From the IMG/VR virus record IMGVR_UViG_3300048576_000552, positions 1-44,532 of that record: 44,532 bases of DNA; one strand, given 5' to 3'. The stretch's first letter is position 1; each line of letters starts with the position of its first letter. Below the pieces are notes generated by a model that was given only the letters and a program-made list of their open reading frames with translations, had not been told where the DNA came from and did not search any database. Shown piece by piece: positions 16,027-25,459 of this stretch. The position numbers and the translations under genes were made by a program. This stretch comes from a virus (taxonomy: Duplodnaviria; Caudoviricetes).

Positions 16027-18043
16027 TCCCCTACGGGAAGAATTTGCCTGGCTGGTTGAGCATGCGCGCATGCCTCAACGTCGGACGTTTCGTGAATTTC
16101 TCGTAAGCGACTTCGTGATTCCCAAGGGGGAACATAAAAACACAAAAATCCAGCTCGACGTCCAGCCATACACTAATCTGCTGTCGATGGACATCGATAA
16201 TTCTCGCTGGAGCAAGTATGCCATCACCGGTTGCGTGCAAAGCGGCAAAACCACGATCGCTTTCACGGCCGTCATCATGTACTTTCTTTTCGAGTACAAC
16301 GAACCGGTGATCGTGGGCGTTCCAACGATGAAGTTGGGCGAGAAGAAATGGCTCAAGGAAATCCTTCCCGCCATCATGGCTTCGCGCTATCGGGTCTTTT
16401 TGCCGACCTTCGGACGCGGCAGCAAGAGCGGATTTTCGGAAGAAATCCATTTCACCAACGGCTCCATTCTCACGTTCATGTCGGGTGCCGGCGGCGATGA
16501 AAACCGCTCGTCGGAAACCGCTCGCATCGTGGTCATCACCGAGGCCGACAAGATCGACACGGCCGGCGAGTCGAGCCGCGAAGCCGATCCGATTCGGCAG
16601 ATGGCCGCCCGTGCGAAGAGTTTCAAGGAAGAGCAACGCCGGCTGTTTCTCGAATGCACGGTCTCGATCGAGAAGGGACGAATCTGGACAACCTTTCAAT
16701 CGGGAACCGCATCCCGGATCGCCTGCCCGTGCCCCTATTGCGAAGAATACGTGACGATCGAGCGGCCGCACTTGATGGGTTGGCAACAAGCCGAGTCGGC
16801 GCGAGAGGCCCACAAGCTCGCGCATTATGCCTGTCCGAATTGCGGCGATCCTCTCACGGAAGCCGATCGCATCGAGATGAACCTAAACGCCAAGCTGGTT
16901 CACCGTGGGCAAAGCATCGATCGTTTTGGGAACATCACCGGCGATTTACCGGACACCGATACGTATGGGTTTCGTTGGAACTGTTTTAATAATACCTTCA
17001 TGTCGGCCGGCGAGGTCGGCGAACTCGAATGGAATGTCGTCCACGGCAGCGATGGCGATTCCGCCGAACGCGAACTATGCCAATTCTATTGGGTCACGCC
17101 CTACAAGCCGCCCGACTTCGACAACTCGCCGCTCGATGCCGAGGTCGTTCGCCGGCGCTTTGCCGATCGCCGCTACACCAAGGGACTTATCCCCGAGGAA
17201 GCGCTCAAGGTCACGATGGCCGTCGATCTGGGAAAACGCTATTTCCATTGGATGCTCTGTGCATGGATGCAGGGTTTTCGGGGAATCATCTGCGACTATG
17301 GTACGTTTGAAGTCCCTTGGAAAGTCACCAACGTGGAAGGTGAGCAAAAGATCAAGGCCGAGAAAAAGGCCATCTTAGCGGCGCTTGGCAGCTTTCGCGA
17401 CGACATGGTCCTCGGCAAGGAGTGGCTCACGCCTTCAGGCATCGTTCGTAATCCTCAGCGGATTCTGGTCGATTGCGCCTGGTATCCCGATCCGGTCTAT
17501 GAGTTCATTCACGAGAAAGAAACGGATAGACGATTTCTGCCGGCGATCGGCTACGGCCAAAGCCAGGAACGATACAAGCATTATCGGGAACCCAAAAAAA
17601 CAGATGCCGAAGTGAAGCTCATCGGCGATCAATACCATGTTGTCTTCGTCCCTAAGCATCAATCCTTTCGTTGCGACTCCAACGCGGATTACTGGAAGAC
17701 GCAGCTCTTCAATGCCTGCCGCACCGACGCCGGCGAAGATGGCTCGATCGAGTTTTATTTTTCCTCCAATCGCAATGAACACGTTACGCTTTCCAAACAT
17801 TTTACGGCCGAGGAACCGAAGGAGTTTTTCGAAGAAGGAAAGGGATCCTACACCCGCTGGATCAAGCACCGCAAGGGAAACCATCTGCTCGATACGGCCT
17901 ATAACAATTTCGTCGCCGCCCATCTGAGCGGCATGCGTCTTTTGAAAAATCAACCCTCACCGGCCGCGGCGAACACGGCGCAGGACGCCACCCCCAGCCT
18001 CACGCTCCCCGACGGCCGACCGTTCTCCATCACCGATCGCTAA
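15995..18043 (+). CDS. terL: Terminase large subunit, GpA family
   Basis: Walker A GCVQSGKT, Walker B-like VVITEADK, CPYC...CPNC, nuclease MAVDLG and NHLLD. Start uncertain. Confidence 0.92.
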   Translation: MTMVAALHSNNPLREEFAWLVEHARMPQRRTFREFLVSDFVIPKGEHKNTKIQLDVQPYTNLLSMDIDNSRWSKYAITGCVQSGKTTIAFTAVIMYFLFEYNEPVIVGVPTMKLGEKKWLKEILPAIMASRYRVFLPTFGRGSKSGFSEEIHFTNGSILTFMSGAGGDENRSSETARIVVITEADKIDTAGESSREADPIRQMAARAKSFKEEQRRLFLECTVSIEKGRIWTTFQSGTASRIACPCPYCEEYVTIERPHLMGWQQAESAREAHKLAHYACPNCGDPLTEADRIEMNLNAKLVHRGQSIDRFGNITGDLPDTDTYGFRWNCFNNTFMSAGEVGELEWNVVHGSDGDSAERELCQFYWVTPYKPPDFDNSPLDAEVVRRRFADRRYTKGLIPEEALKVTMAVDLGKRYFHWMLCAWMQGFRGIICDYGTFEVPWKVTNVEGEQKIKAEKKAILAALGSFRDDMVLGKEWLTPSGIVRNPQRILVDCAWYPDPVYEFIHEKETDRRFLPAIGYGQSQERYKHYREPKKTDAEVKLIGDQYHVVFVPKHQSFRCDSNADYWKTQLFNACRTDAGEDGSIEFYFSSNRNEHVTLSKHFTAEEPKEFFEEGKGSYTRWIKHRKGNHLLDTAYNNFVAAHLSGMRLLKNQPSPAAANTAQDATPSLTLPDGRPFSITDR

Positions 18044-18069
18044 TTTTCCCAAGCAAAGGACTTTTTAGT

Positions 18070-18906
18070 ATGTCAAACATTCCCCGTCCCACCGTCAAGC
18101 AGCTTCGCACCGAAATTGAGAAACTCGGCATCACCGAGCAAACCGCCGGCATGTCGATCGACGAACTGATCCGCCAGGCCCGCGAAACGGATGATCCGTT
18201 TGCATTTGTGCAAAAGCTCCCGAAGGCTTCGGTTGAGACAAAAGCAGCTCCGGATGAAACGAAAACCGCTCCGGCTGAGACACAAGCTGCTCTGGATCAA
18301 GCGAAACCCACTTTGGATGAGGCGAAATCATCTACAAGTGAAACGGACGAATTGTCCAGCCCCTTGCCGTCGTTAGGATCGGATGCCGACGGCGATCGTG
18401 TCGAGGAATTAATGAAGACGCGAGCTACTCCGCTTCCCGATGGACGAGTGATGGTCACAACTCCGAACGGCAATGAAGAATTTGCCAATCACATGTTTCA
18501 GGAAAAACCGCCCGTTTCCGAATCGCCTAACGACTTTCAGGATGTCATGAATTACACGACTCAAGTCGCTTCCCAGGCTTCTAAAATTCCAGCCGAAACC
18601 TTCGACGGCAATGAATTCTTGGGAAAAACGCTTGCTGGCGGACTGAAAATCTTAGAGCCTGGCCTGCGTTGCCAAGAATATTGTATTGGGCTGCCGATCG
18701 GCGAGGTGCCGATGGACCAGGTCCGCGCGGGGAAATATCACGTCTCCCGCCACCTTGAGGCCCAGATCAATCTGGACCAGGCGATCGCACTTCGAAAAAT
18801 CACCCTCGGCCTCGATGCCGCGGGCGCAACGTTGAAGTCGGGGAAACGCATCATTAAAGCGGCCGACGCCGTCCGTTGGCTGCTCGAGCAAATCCCCATC
18901 GAATAA
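18070..18906 (+). CDS. Hypothetical protein with degenerate 7-aa repeats
   Basis: aaagga RBS; ETKAAPD/ETKTAPA/ETQAALD/QAKPTLD at 18235-18318. Confidence 0.7.
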   Translation: MSNIPRPTVKQLRTEIEKLGITEQTAGMSIDELIRQARETDDPFAFVQKLPKASVETKAAPDETKTAPAETQAALDQAKPTLDEAKSSTSETDELSSPLPSLGSDADGDRVEELMKTRATPLPDGRVMVTTPNGNEEFANHMFQEKPPVSESPNDFQDVMNYTTQVASQASKIPAETFDGNEFLGKTLAGGLKILEPGLRCQEYCIGLPIGEVPMDQVRAGKYHVSRHLEAQINLDQAIALRKITLGLDAAGATLKSGKRIIKAADAVRWLLEQIPIE

Positions 18907-18926
18907 TTTTTGTTTCTTTCCAAACC

Positions 18927-18999
18927 TAAAAGCGGCCGACCGAAGAGCTGTAACTCTCCGGCCGGCCTAACACATCGACCTAAGTAGCAGATCGACGTG
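18927..18999 (-). ncRNA. Candidate antisense RNA 3' part (two hairpins plus U tract) over the methyltransferase leader
   Basis: Stems of 14 bp (18934-18967) and 11 bp (18971-18999). All four mismatches are A-C on + and therefore G-U on -. A U4 tract follows on the minus strand. Confidence 0.55.
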
Positions 19000-19023
19000 C
19001 CATTCCGCACGGAGACTCTTGCT

Positions 19024-20433
19024 ATGCGCAGTCGAACCACTCAGAAACCACAACAGCAAAAATCTAGGTCACAGAAAGCGGCCCCGCAGAAAGAAAAAAA
19101 GGCCGATTATGCCTATATTGCGGAAGATTTGCGGCCGTTGGCCGAACCGCTCGCGAAATTGAAGATCGATCCGCAGGCGCCGCGCCAACATGACGAGAAA
19201 AACATCCTAGCGATCGTCGCCAGCCTGCAGGAGTTCGGCCAGAGAAAACCGATCGTCGTTAATCGCTGTGGATCCCAGATCGAGGCCGGCAACGCCGTCT
19301 ATGAAGCGGCCAAGCGCCTCGGCTGGGAATTCGTGGCCGTCGTCTGGGTAACCGACGATCCCAACTCTGCGAGCGGCTACGCGATCGCCGACAATCGCAC
19401 GGCCGAGTTGGCCACCTGGGACGCGGCGGTGCTCTCTTCGCTGCTGGCCGAGCTGGGGGACAAGAAACCCGATCTCTACGCGGGCTTGTTGTTAAATAAT
19501 CTCCGCGAAGAGATCCTTTCTCAGTTGGATGGCATTGCGCCCGGGTTAACCGATCCCGATGAAGTCCCCGAGCCGCCTGACGAGGCGAACACGCGCCCGG
19601 GTGATATTTGGATTCTTGGCAATCACCGTTTATTGTGCGGGGACAGTTCGAAGCCCGAGGACGTCGATCGACTTCTCGCCGGCGCGAAGATCCAGATTGT
19701 AAATACTGACCCTCCGTATAATGTGAAAGTGGAACCGCGGAGCAATAACGCGATTGCCGCCGGCGGGAAAGGACTTCCTGCGGTTCACCATCAACGCTTT
19801 GATGCCGCCCGCGATCCCTCGAAGTGCCAGCCGACCAATAAAAAGCTACGCGCGAAGGATCGGCCGCTGGCGAATGACTTCCTCAAGGAAGAGGATTTTG
19901 AAAAGCTGCTCTCCGCCTGGTTCGGTAACATCGCCCGTGTTCTCGAGCCCGGGCGTGGCTTCTATATCTGGGGCGGCTATGCGAACTGCGCGAACTATCC
20001 GCGCCCGCTGAAGGAGAGCGGTTTATTCTTTTCACAAACCGTCATCTGGCACAAGCAGCATCCGGTTCTGACGCGCAAGGATTTCATGGGCGACCACGAA
20101 TGGTGCTTCTACGGTTGGCGGGAAGGCGCCGCGCATAAGTTCTATGGGCCCAACAATATTACCGACGTCTGGTGCGTGAAGAAGGTCAGCTCGCAAAACA
20201 TGGTCCATCTTACGGAAAAGCCCGTTGAGCTTGCCATTCGTGCGATGCAGTACTCGACGCACCCGGGCGAAAACGTGTTGGACCTCTTCGGTGGATCCGG
20301 GAGCACGCTGATTGCCGCGGAGCAGACCGGACGGAATGCATTTTTAGTAGAAATCGACACTCTCTACTGCGACGTGATCGTCGAACGGTGGCAAAAATTC
20401 ACCGGCAAGAAAGCGGTCCGCGAAAAGAAATGA
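19024..20433 (+). CDS. ParB/Srx N-domain fused to N4C/N6A DNA methyltransferase (beta order)
   Basis: PRQH...SLQEFGQRKPIVV...AGN...IADNRTAELATWD; TDPPY; HLTEKPVEL; LDLFGGSGST. Confidence 0.92.
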   Translation: MRSRTTQKPQQQKSRSQKAAPQKEKKADYAYIAEDLRPLAEPLAKLKIDPQAPRQHDEKNILAIVASLQEFGQRKPIVVNRCGSQIEAGNAVYEAAKRLGWEFVAVVWVTDDPNSASGYAIADNRTAELATWDAAVLSSLLAELGDKKPDLYAGLLLNNLREEILSQLDGIAPGLTDPDEVPEPPDEANTRPGDIWILGNHRLLCGDSSKPEDVDRLLAGAKIQIVNTDPPYNVKVEPRSNNAIAAGGKGLPAVHHQRFDAARDPSKCQPTNKKLRAKDRPLANDFLKEEDFEKLLSAWFGNIARVLEPGRGFYIWGGYANCANYPRPLKESGLFFSQTVIWHKQHPVLTRKDFMGDHEWCFYGWREGAAHKFYGPNNITDVWCVKKVSSQNMVHLTEKPVELAIRAMQYSTHPGENVLDLFGGSGSTLIAAEQTGRNAFLVEIDTLYCDVIVERWQKFTGKKAVREKK

Positions 20434-20441
20434 GCCGCGCG

Positions 20442-20459
20442 TGTAACCAATTGGCGACA
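20442..20459. promoter_or_regulatory. 18-bp palindromic site, copy 3
   Basis: tgtaaccaattggcgaca, intergenic, upstream of the head genes. Confidence 0.75.
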
Positions 20460-20547
20460 TGCGCGGCTCAAAAATTCCGGAACTTCCGAAAAGTTTTTTG
20501 GCAAACTCGCGCAGAATTGAGCCACTTGGCCGGTTATCGTTTAAAAA

Positions 20548-20844
20548 ATGTCCGCCCTCAATTCCTCCAGCACCCGCCAAGAGATTCTCGACGCCTACGC
20601 CGACAACGCCTCTTACGCTGAGGATGGCGACGCGACGAAGGCCCGCGCCTTCATCACCGCCTGCCGCATTCTGTTATTAAAGATCCCCCGCCGCGTGGCC
20701 CGCGGCGGTCCGGCCAGCGAGGAGATCGAGATGGAGCCGCGGCTCATTATGGATCAAATTGATGAGGCCAAACGCTGGCTGGCGATGAACGCACCGCGAC
20801 AAGAATCCGTGCAATATTCCGATTTCCGCAACTTCCGCGATTGA
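20548..20844 (+). CDS. Head-tail joining protein (gpW position)
   Basis: 98-aa ORF immediately before the portal, as in lambda W-B. Confidence 0.6.
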   Translation: MSALNSSSTRQEILDAYADNASYAEDGDATKARAFITACRILLLKIPRRVARGGPASEEIEMEPRLIMDQIDEAKRWLAMNAPRQESVQYSDFRNFRD

Positions 20845-20845
20845 T

Positions 20846-22411
20846 ATGTCCCGCAACAGTCCGACACTTGCCGACAATTTCGAAGAACTCCGTAGCGATT
20901 ATTCCGCCGCGAAGTCCTCGCGCTTTCGTCGCCGGCGAACGGGCGTGAATTCGCTCGGTTCTGGTGCAGATTGGCATGTCCGCAACGAATCGGACTATCT
21001 GCGGATGATGGAAGACGCCCGCGACATGGACCGCAACGACGTGATTGTCGGCCAGGTTCTCGATCGCGCCGTCTCGAATACGGTCCAGGATGGATTCGTG
21101 CTCGACCCGGACACTGGCGATAAGTCGATCGACAAAGATCTAAAGGCCCGGTGGGACGAATGGGCCGACGATCCCGAGCAATGCGATCTCGCCGGCGAGC
21201 ATTCTTTTTGGGATTTTGAAAAGCTCACCCTGCGTCATTCCGATCTCGACGGCGACATCTGCATTTTGCCGAACAAGTCGGGGAAACTGGAAGCGGCCGA
21301 GGCCCATCGCCTGCGGACGCCGCGCAATACCACCCAAAACGTGGTCTGCGGCATCAAGCGCGATCCGGCCACCCGCCGGCATCTCGAATACTGGTTCACG
21401 AAGGAAGATGTGAATCCGCTAATCGCGGTCAATCGCGTGAGCGATATCCAAAAGTACGCGGCTCGTGACGGAGAAGGCTATAAGCAGATTTGGCACATTC
21501 TCCTTCGTCAAAAACGCATATCGCAGACCCGCGGCATTACCTCCTTCGCGCCGATCTTCGATCTTTGCGGGATGTTTGAGGACATCAATTTCGCCACGCT
21601 CGTGAAGCACCAGGTGGCAAGCTGCTTTGCGATCTTCGAAGAGTTGGACAATACGTTTCCCACCGATGGCATGCCCATCAAGGAAAATTCCGAATCGAGC
21701 CAAAGCGCGATTGCCCGCGGTGTCGATGCGATGCTCCGAGGCGTGGGACCGGGAATGTTTTTCAAGGGGAAACCGGGATCGAAATACAAACTGGACTGCC
21801 CCCAGGTTCCCAGTCCAGAGTTTTTTCCACACGTCAAGCTCATTCTGACGTTGATCGGCATCAACCTCGGTCTGCCGCTGGTGATGGTGTTAATGGACGG
21901 AAGCGAGACCAATTTCAGCGGCTGGCGGGGAGCGATCGAGCAGGCCCGTCTCGGTTTCCGCGATCGCCAACGCGACCTCAAGGGACAATTTCATCGGCCG
22001 TGCTTCGTCTGGAAGATTCGCCAATGGATGAACGAGGACTCCGCACTGCGAAACGCAGCGGAAAAGTCCGGTATTTCCATTTTTCGGCATAGCTGGAGCA
22101 CGCCCACGTGGCCGTACATTCAGCCGTATCAGGACGCCGCCGCCGACCTCTTACGCATTCGCAATGCCCTCATCAGCCGCCGCCGGCAATGCGCTGAACG
22201 CGGGCTCAATTGGGACAAGATCTCGACGGAGATCACGGAAGATAACGCGATGCTTATCGAGAAAGCCTTTTTGAAGGCTCAGGAGCTCAACGAGAAATAT
22301 CCCGAATTAAAAGTCACCTGGCGGGAGATCGCTTCTTTGCCGAGCCCGGACGGCGTCAACGTTTCGTTGCAGCCCGAGAACCAACAAAATAGCAACCAGG
22401 TGGCCGCTTAA
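20846..22411 (+). CDS. Portal protein, lambda family
   Basis: ARDMDRND, DGDICI, EAHRL, RISQTRGITSFAP, DGSETNFSGWR. Confidence 0.92.
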   Translation: MSRNSPTLADNFEELRSDYSAAKSSRFRRRRTGVNSLGSGADWHVRNESDYLRMMEDARDMDRNDVIVGQVLDRAVSNTVQDGFVLDPDTGDKSIDKDLKARWDEWADDPEQCDLAGEHSFWDFEKLTLRHSDLDGDICILPNKSGKLEAAEAHRLRTPRNTTQNVVCGIKRDPATRRHLEYWFTKEDVNPLIAVNRVSDIQKYAARDGEGYKQIWHILLRQKRISQTRGITSFAPIFDLCGMFEDINFATLVKHQVASCFAIFEELDNTFPTDGMPIKENSESSQSAIARGVDAMLRGVGPGMFFKGKPGSKYKLDCPQVPSPEFFPHVKLILTLIGINLGLPLVMVLMDGSETNFSGWRGAIEQARLGFRDRQRDLKGQFHRPCFVWKIRQWMNEDSALRNAAEKSGISIFRHSWSTPTWPYIQPYQDAAADLLRIRNALISRRRQCAERGLNWDKISTEITEDNAMLIEKAFLKAQELNEKYPELKVTWREIASLPSPDGVNVSLQPENQQNSNQVAA

Positions 22412-22413
22412 TC

Positions 22414-23838
22414 ATGACAACTCAAATCAATCTCGAACCGATCCGCAACGAACCGTTGCACCTGGACCAGTATTTCGGTCTATGGGCGGTGGAAGAAACG
22501 CGTTTCATGCAGATGTTCGATCGGGTTTCCAAGATCGATTTGGGCCAGCATGTCCGCTTGCAATTGCAAGTCGAAAGCGAGAATTCGGATCCGAAGCAGA
22601 GCAAGGCAGCGTATGAAGCTGGAATGCTCTCCGCGACGGGCGTCAGGAAGCCGGCTGCCGCTGAGGAAAAAAACGTCGCCGTGATCGACGTCAGCGGCAC
22701 GCTGATGAAACGCGGCAGTTCCCTCTCCGCCTCGAGCTCGCTTATCCGTTTACGGCAATCGATCCGCTCCGCCGCGAATGACGAGACTGTCGGCGCGATT
22801 CTGCTGCGCATCGATTCGCCTGGCGGGACAACCGCCGGCACGGCTGACCTGGCGAAGGAAGTTTCGGCGGCGGCTCAGAAAAAGCCCTGTGTGGCCTTCG
22901 TTGAGGACCTATGCGCCTCGGCTGCTTATTGGGTCGGGAGCCAGTGCCAAAAGATTTTTGCCAACGATGCCACGGCGATGATCGGCTCGATCGGCACCTT
23001 CATCGGTCTCTACGACTATTCGGCCAACGCCGCGATGAATGGCGTTAAGGCCGTGGTGATCAAAACCGGTTCCCACAAAGCGGCCGGTTTCGCCGGTACC
23101 GAAATCACCGCCGAGCAGCAAGCCCACTTCCAATCTCTGGTCGATTCGACGCAAGTCGAATTCACCGCCGCGGTCGCTTCCGGACGGAATATCCCTTTGG
23201 CGAAAGCCGAGGAGTTGGCCGACGGCCGTGTGCATCTCGCCGGCGACGCCCTAAAGATGGGATTGATCGACGGCATCCAATCGTTCGATGCGACTCTGGC
23301 CCAATTGCAGGTCCAGGCCGCTTCTTCGTCATCTTCGCGAACCAATAACCAAAATTCCTCGTTACGGAGTAATGCTGTCATGTCCGAGCAAATCACCACG
23401 TCCACCCAGGCCGCTTCCAACGTCCCCGCCGCGGCCACGATCGCCGAGCTCGAATCGGGCTGCCCGGGCGCGTCGGCCGACTTCCTCTGCAAGCAGCTCA
23501 AGAAGAGCGCCACGCTCGCCCAGGCCCAGCAGGAATTCATGTCCGAGCAAAACGCCCGCCTGCAGGCGACCGAAAAAGAACTGGCCGAGGCGAAGGCCAA
23601 AGCGGCCGAGAAAAAGCCCGCTCTGGGCGTCGATGCCCTCGGCAGCGGCACGCAAATCGCGACGGAAGTCACCGGCGATCCGATCGCCGAATGGAATGAA
23701 AAACTCCAAGCCACGATGAGCGCCCGTAAATGCGATCGCCAGACGGCTTGCGGGATTATCGGCAGGCAGAATCCCGAACTGCGGCAGGCCTTTGTCGCGG
23801 CCTATAACGCGGCTCATCCGCGGCATGAAGAGAAATAA
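22414..23838 (+). CDS. S49 (SppA/gpC-like) prohead protease with C-terminal scaffold
   Basis: ILLRIDSPGG, CASAAYWVGS, IGSIG, KTGSHK, ALKMGLIDGI. Confidence 0.92.
   Translation: MTTQINLEPIRNEPLHLDQYFGLWAVEETRFMQMFDRVSKIDLGQHVRLQLQVESENSDPKQSKAAYEAGMLSATGVRKPAAAEEKNVAVIDVSGTLMKRGSSLSASSSLIRLRQSIRSAANDETVGAILLRIDSPGGTTAGTADLAKEVSAAAQKKPCVAFVEDLCASAAYWVGSQCQKIFANDATAMIGSIGTFIGLYDYSANAAMNGVKAVVIKTGSHKAAGFAGTEITAEQQAHFQSLVDSTQVEFTAAVASGRNIPLAKAEELADGRVHLAGDALKMGLIDGIQSFDATLAQLQVQAASSSSSRTNNQNSSLRSNAVMSEQITTSTQAASNVPAAATIAELESGCPGASADFLCKQLKKSATLAQAQQEFMSEQNARLQATEKELAEAKAKAAEKKPALGVDALGSGTQIATEVTGDPIAEWNEKLQATMSARKCDRQTACGIIGRQNPELRQAFVAAYNAAHPRHEEK
23380..23838 (+). CDS. Nested in-frame scaffolding protein (Nu3-like)
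   Basis: GGAG at 23366-69 precedes an in-frame ATG at 23380, after an S/N-rich linker; Ala-rich coiled coil follows. Confidence 0.6.
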   Translation: MSEQITTSTQAASNVPAAATIAELESGCPGASADFLCKQLKKSATLAQAQQEFMSEQNARLQATEKELAEAKAKAAEKKPALGVDALGSGTQIATEVTGDPIAEWNEKLQATMSARKCDRQTACGIIGRQNPELRQAFVAAYNAAHPRHEEK

Positions 23839-23919
23839 CGCTCTTCCATCGAATCAAATAATCAGAGGCAAGCATTGCAAAGCAAATCGAAAATACTTTT
23901 TTAGAACGGGAGATCTGAC

Positions 23920-24300
23920 ATGAGCCAATTTACCGAGAGCCCCTGCAAGGGCTTCACCGCCGGCGCAGCGCTGGCAAAATATTTGCGCGTGATCCGCTCG
24001 TCCGGGAAGTTGGCTGCCGCCGGCATCGGCGACAAAGAACTCGGCACGTTGGAAAACGCCACCTTTGCCGACGGCGACAGCGCCACCGTGCGGCTTCGAT
24101 CCGCGGCGGGAACTTGCAAAATGGTGGCCTCCAAAGCGATCGCCGCGGACGCGGAGGTCTGGACGGCGGCTAGCGGGAAAATTTCCGACACCGGGGGAAC
24201 CGGCGCTTTTCTCATCGGCACGGCCCTCGAGGCGGCCGGTGCCGATGGCGAGGTGATTGAGGTCCTCCGCATGGCCCACGGCGACTCCGCACACGCCTAA
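23920..24300 (+). CDS. Capsid cement/decoration protein (DUF2190-like)
   Basis: 126-aa Ala/Gly-rich protein between protease and capsid; IGTALEAAGADGEVIEVL. Confidence 0.85.
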   Translation: MSQFTESPCKGFTAGAALAKYLRVIRSSGKLAAAGIGDKELGTLENATFADGDSATVRLRSAAGTCKMVASKAIAADAEVWTAASGKISDTGGTGAFLIGTALEAAGADGEVIEVLRMAHGDSAHA

Positions 24301-24395
24301 GCCGTCGCGCAGGCAAGCGATTGTAATCAAACGGGACGCCGGGAATCGTTCCAACCAATCCTATCCTTTTACAATAAAATTACCGGAGAATAGAA

Positions 24396-25382
24396 ATGAT
24401 CGGTTCTAAAAGTGCGATCGCCACCCTTCGTCCCGACCTCGGTGGCTCGATGATGGAATTCAACCTCGCGGCAGACCAAAGCGGGTTCATCGGCCACCGC
24501 GTCTTGCCGATCCTGGATGTGGATCTGGCAGGCGACACGATTTACAAGATCAAGCTGGAGTCACTGTTGCAGGACCGCGACACCAGCCGCAAGCCGGGCA
24601 CCGGCTACAGCCGCGGTGATTGGGATTTCGACAAGGACTCCTATTCCACCGAAGAGCAAGGTGCGGAAGAGCCGATCGACGAGAACACGAAGCGGAAGTA
24701 CCGCCACTTGTTCGACGCCGAAGCGGTCTGCACCAATCGCGCCGTGGACGCCGTCATGCGCAACGCCGAGAAACGCTCGGCGGATTTGATCTTCAATGCC
24801 ACCACCTGGACCGGCGCGTCCCTGACCACGGCCGTCACCAAGGAGTGGAGCAAGAGTAACCTCTCGACCGCGACGCCAATTGCCGACGTGAACGCCGCCA
24901 AAACCAAGGTCTGGGAGGGGACCGGCCTGTGGCCGAACGCCCTGATCATCAACCGCTTGGTTTTCAACAACCTGCGCACGCTCGATGAGATCAAGGAAGC
25001 GATCCAAAGCGCGGGTGCTGGATTCCCCACGCGAGCCCGCGACATCACCACCCAGCAACTGGCGGAAGTGTTCGACCTCGATTATATCCTCGTCGCCGGC
25101 GGTGCGAAAAACACGGCCAACGAGGCGAAGACGCGTTCGATCTCGTCGATCTGGAGCAGCGAATACGCGATGGTGGCGCGTATCTGCACCACCAACGATA
25201 TCCAAGAACCCGGCCTTGGCCGAACCTTCCACTGGACCGATGACGGCTCGGAGGCGGACGGCCTCGTGGAGACTTACTGGGAAGAGCGGATCCGCAGTGA
25301 TGTGGTCCGTGCCCGACATCAGGTTCACGAAAAATTGCTTTATACGGCCTGTGGCCACCTGCTGAGCAATATCACCGAATAA
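24396..25382 (+). CDS. Major capsid protein (lambda gpE-like)
   Basis: 328 aa in the capsid position; FIGHRVLP, PIADV...GLWPNALII, PGLGRTFHW. Confidence 0.85.
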   Translation: MIGSKSAIATLRPDLGGSMMEFNLAADQSGFIGHRVLPILDVDLAGDTIYKIKLESLLQDRDTSRKPGTGYSRGDWDFDKDSYSTEEQGAEEPIDENTKRKYRHLFDAEAVCTNRAVDAVMRNAEKRSADLIFNATTWTGASLTTAVTKEWSKSNLSTATPIADVNAAKTKVWEGTGLWPNALIINRLVFNNLRTLDEIKEAIQSAGAGFPTRARDITTQQLAEVFDLDYILVAGGAKNTANEAKTRSISSIWSSEYAMVARICTTNDIQEPGLGRTFHWTDDGSEADGLVETYWEERIRSDVVRARHQVHEKLLYTACGHLLSNITE

Positions 25383-25459
25383 CGGTGATGTTGCTAGAAA
25401 TGAAAACCTAGACTGGGGCGATGTGCTGAAACCAAAAACCACCCTTTGCGAGAACCATC

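Noticed and set aside
24871-24888. cgacgccaattgccgacg as a fifth palindrome copy
   Set aside because: Only 14/18 match and it lacks the TGT...ACA ends; similar weak matches near 2474 and 27390 were also dismissed.
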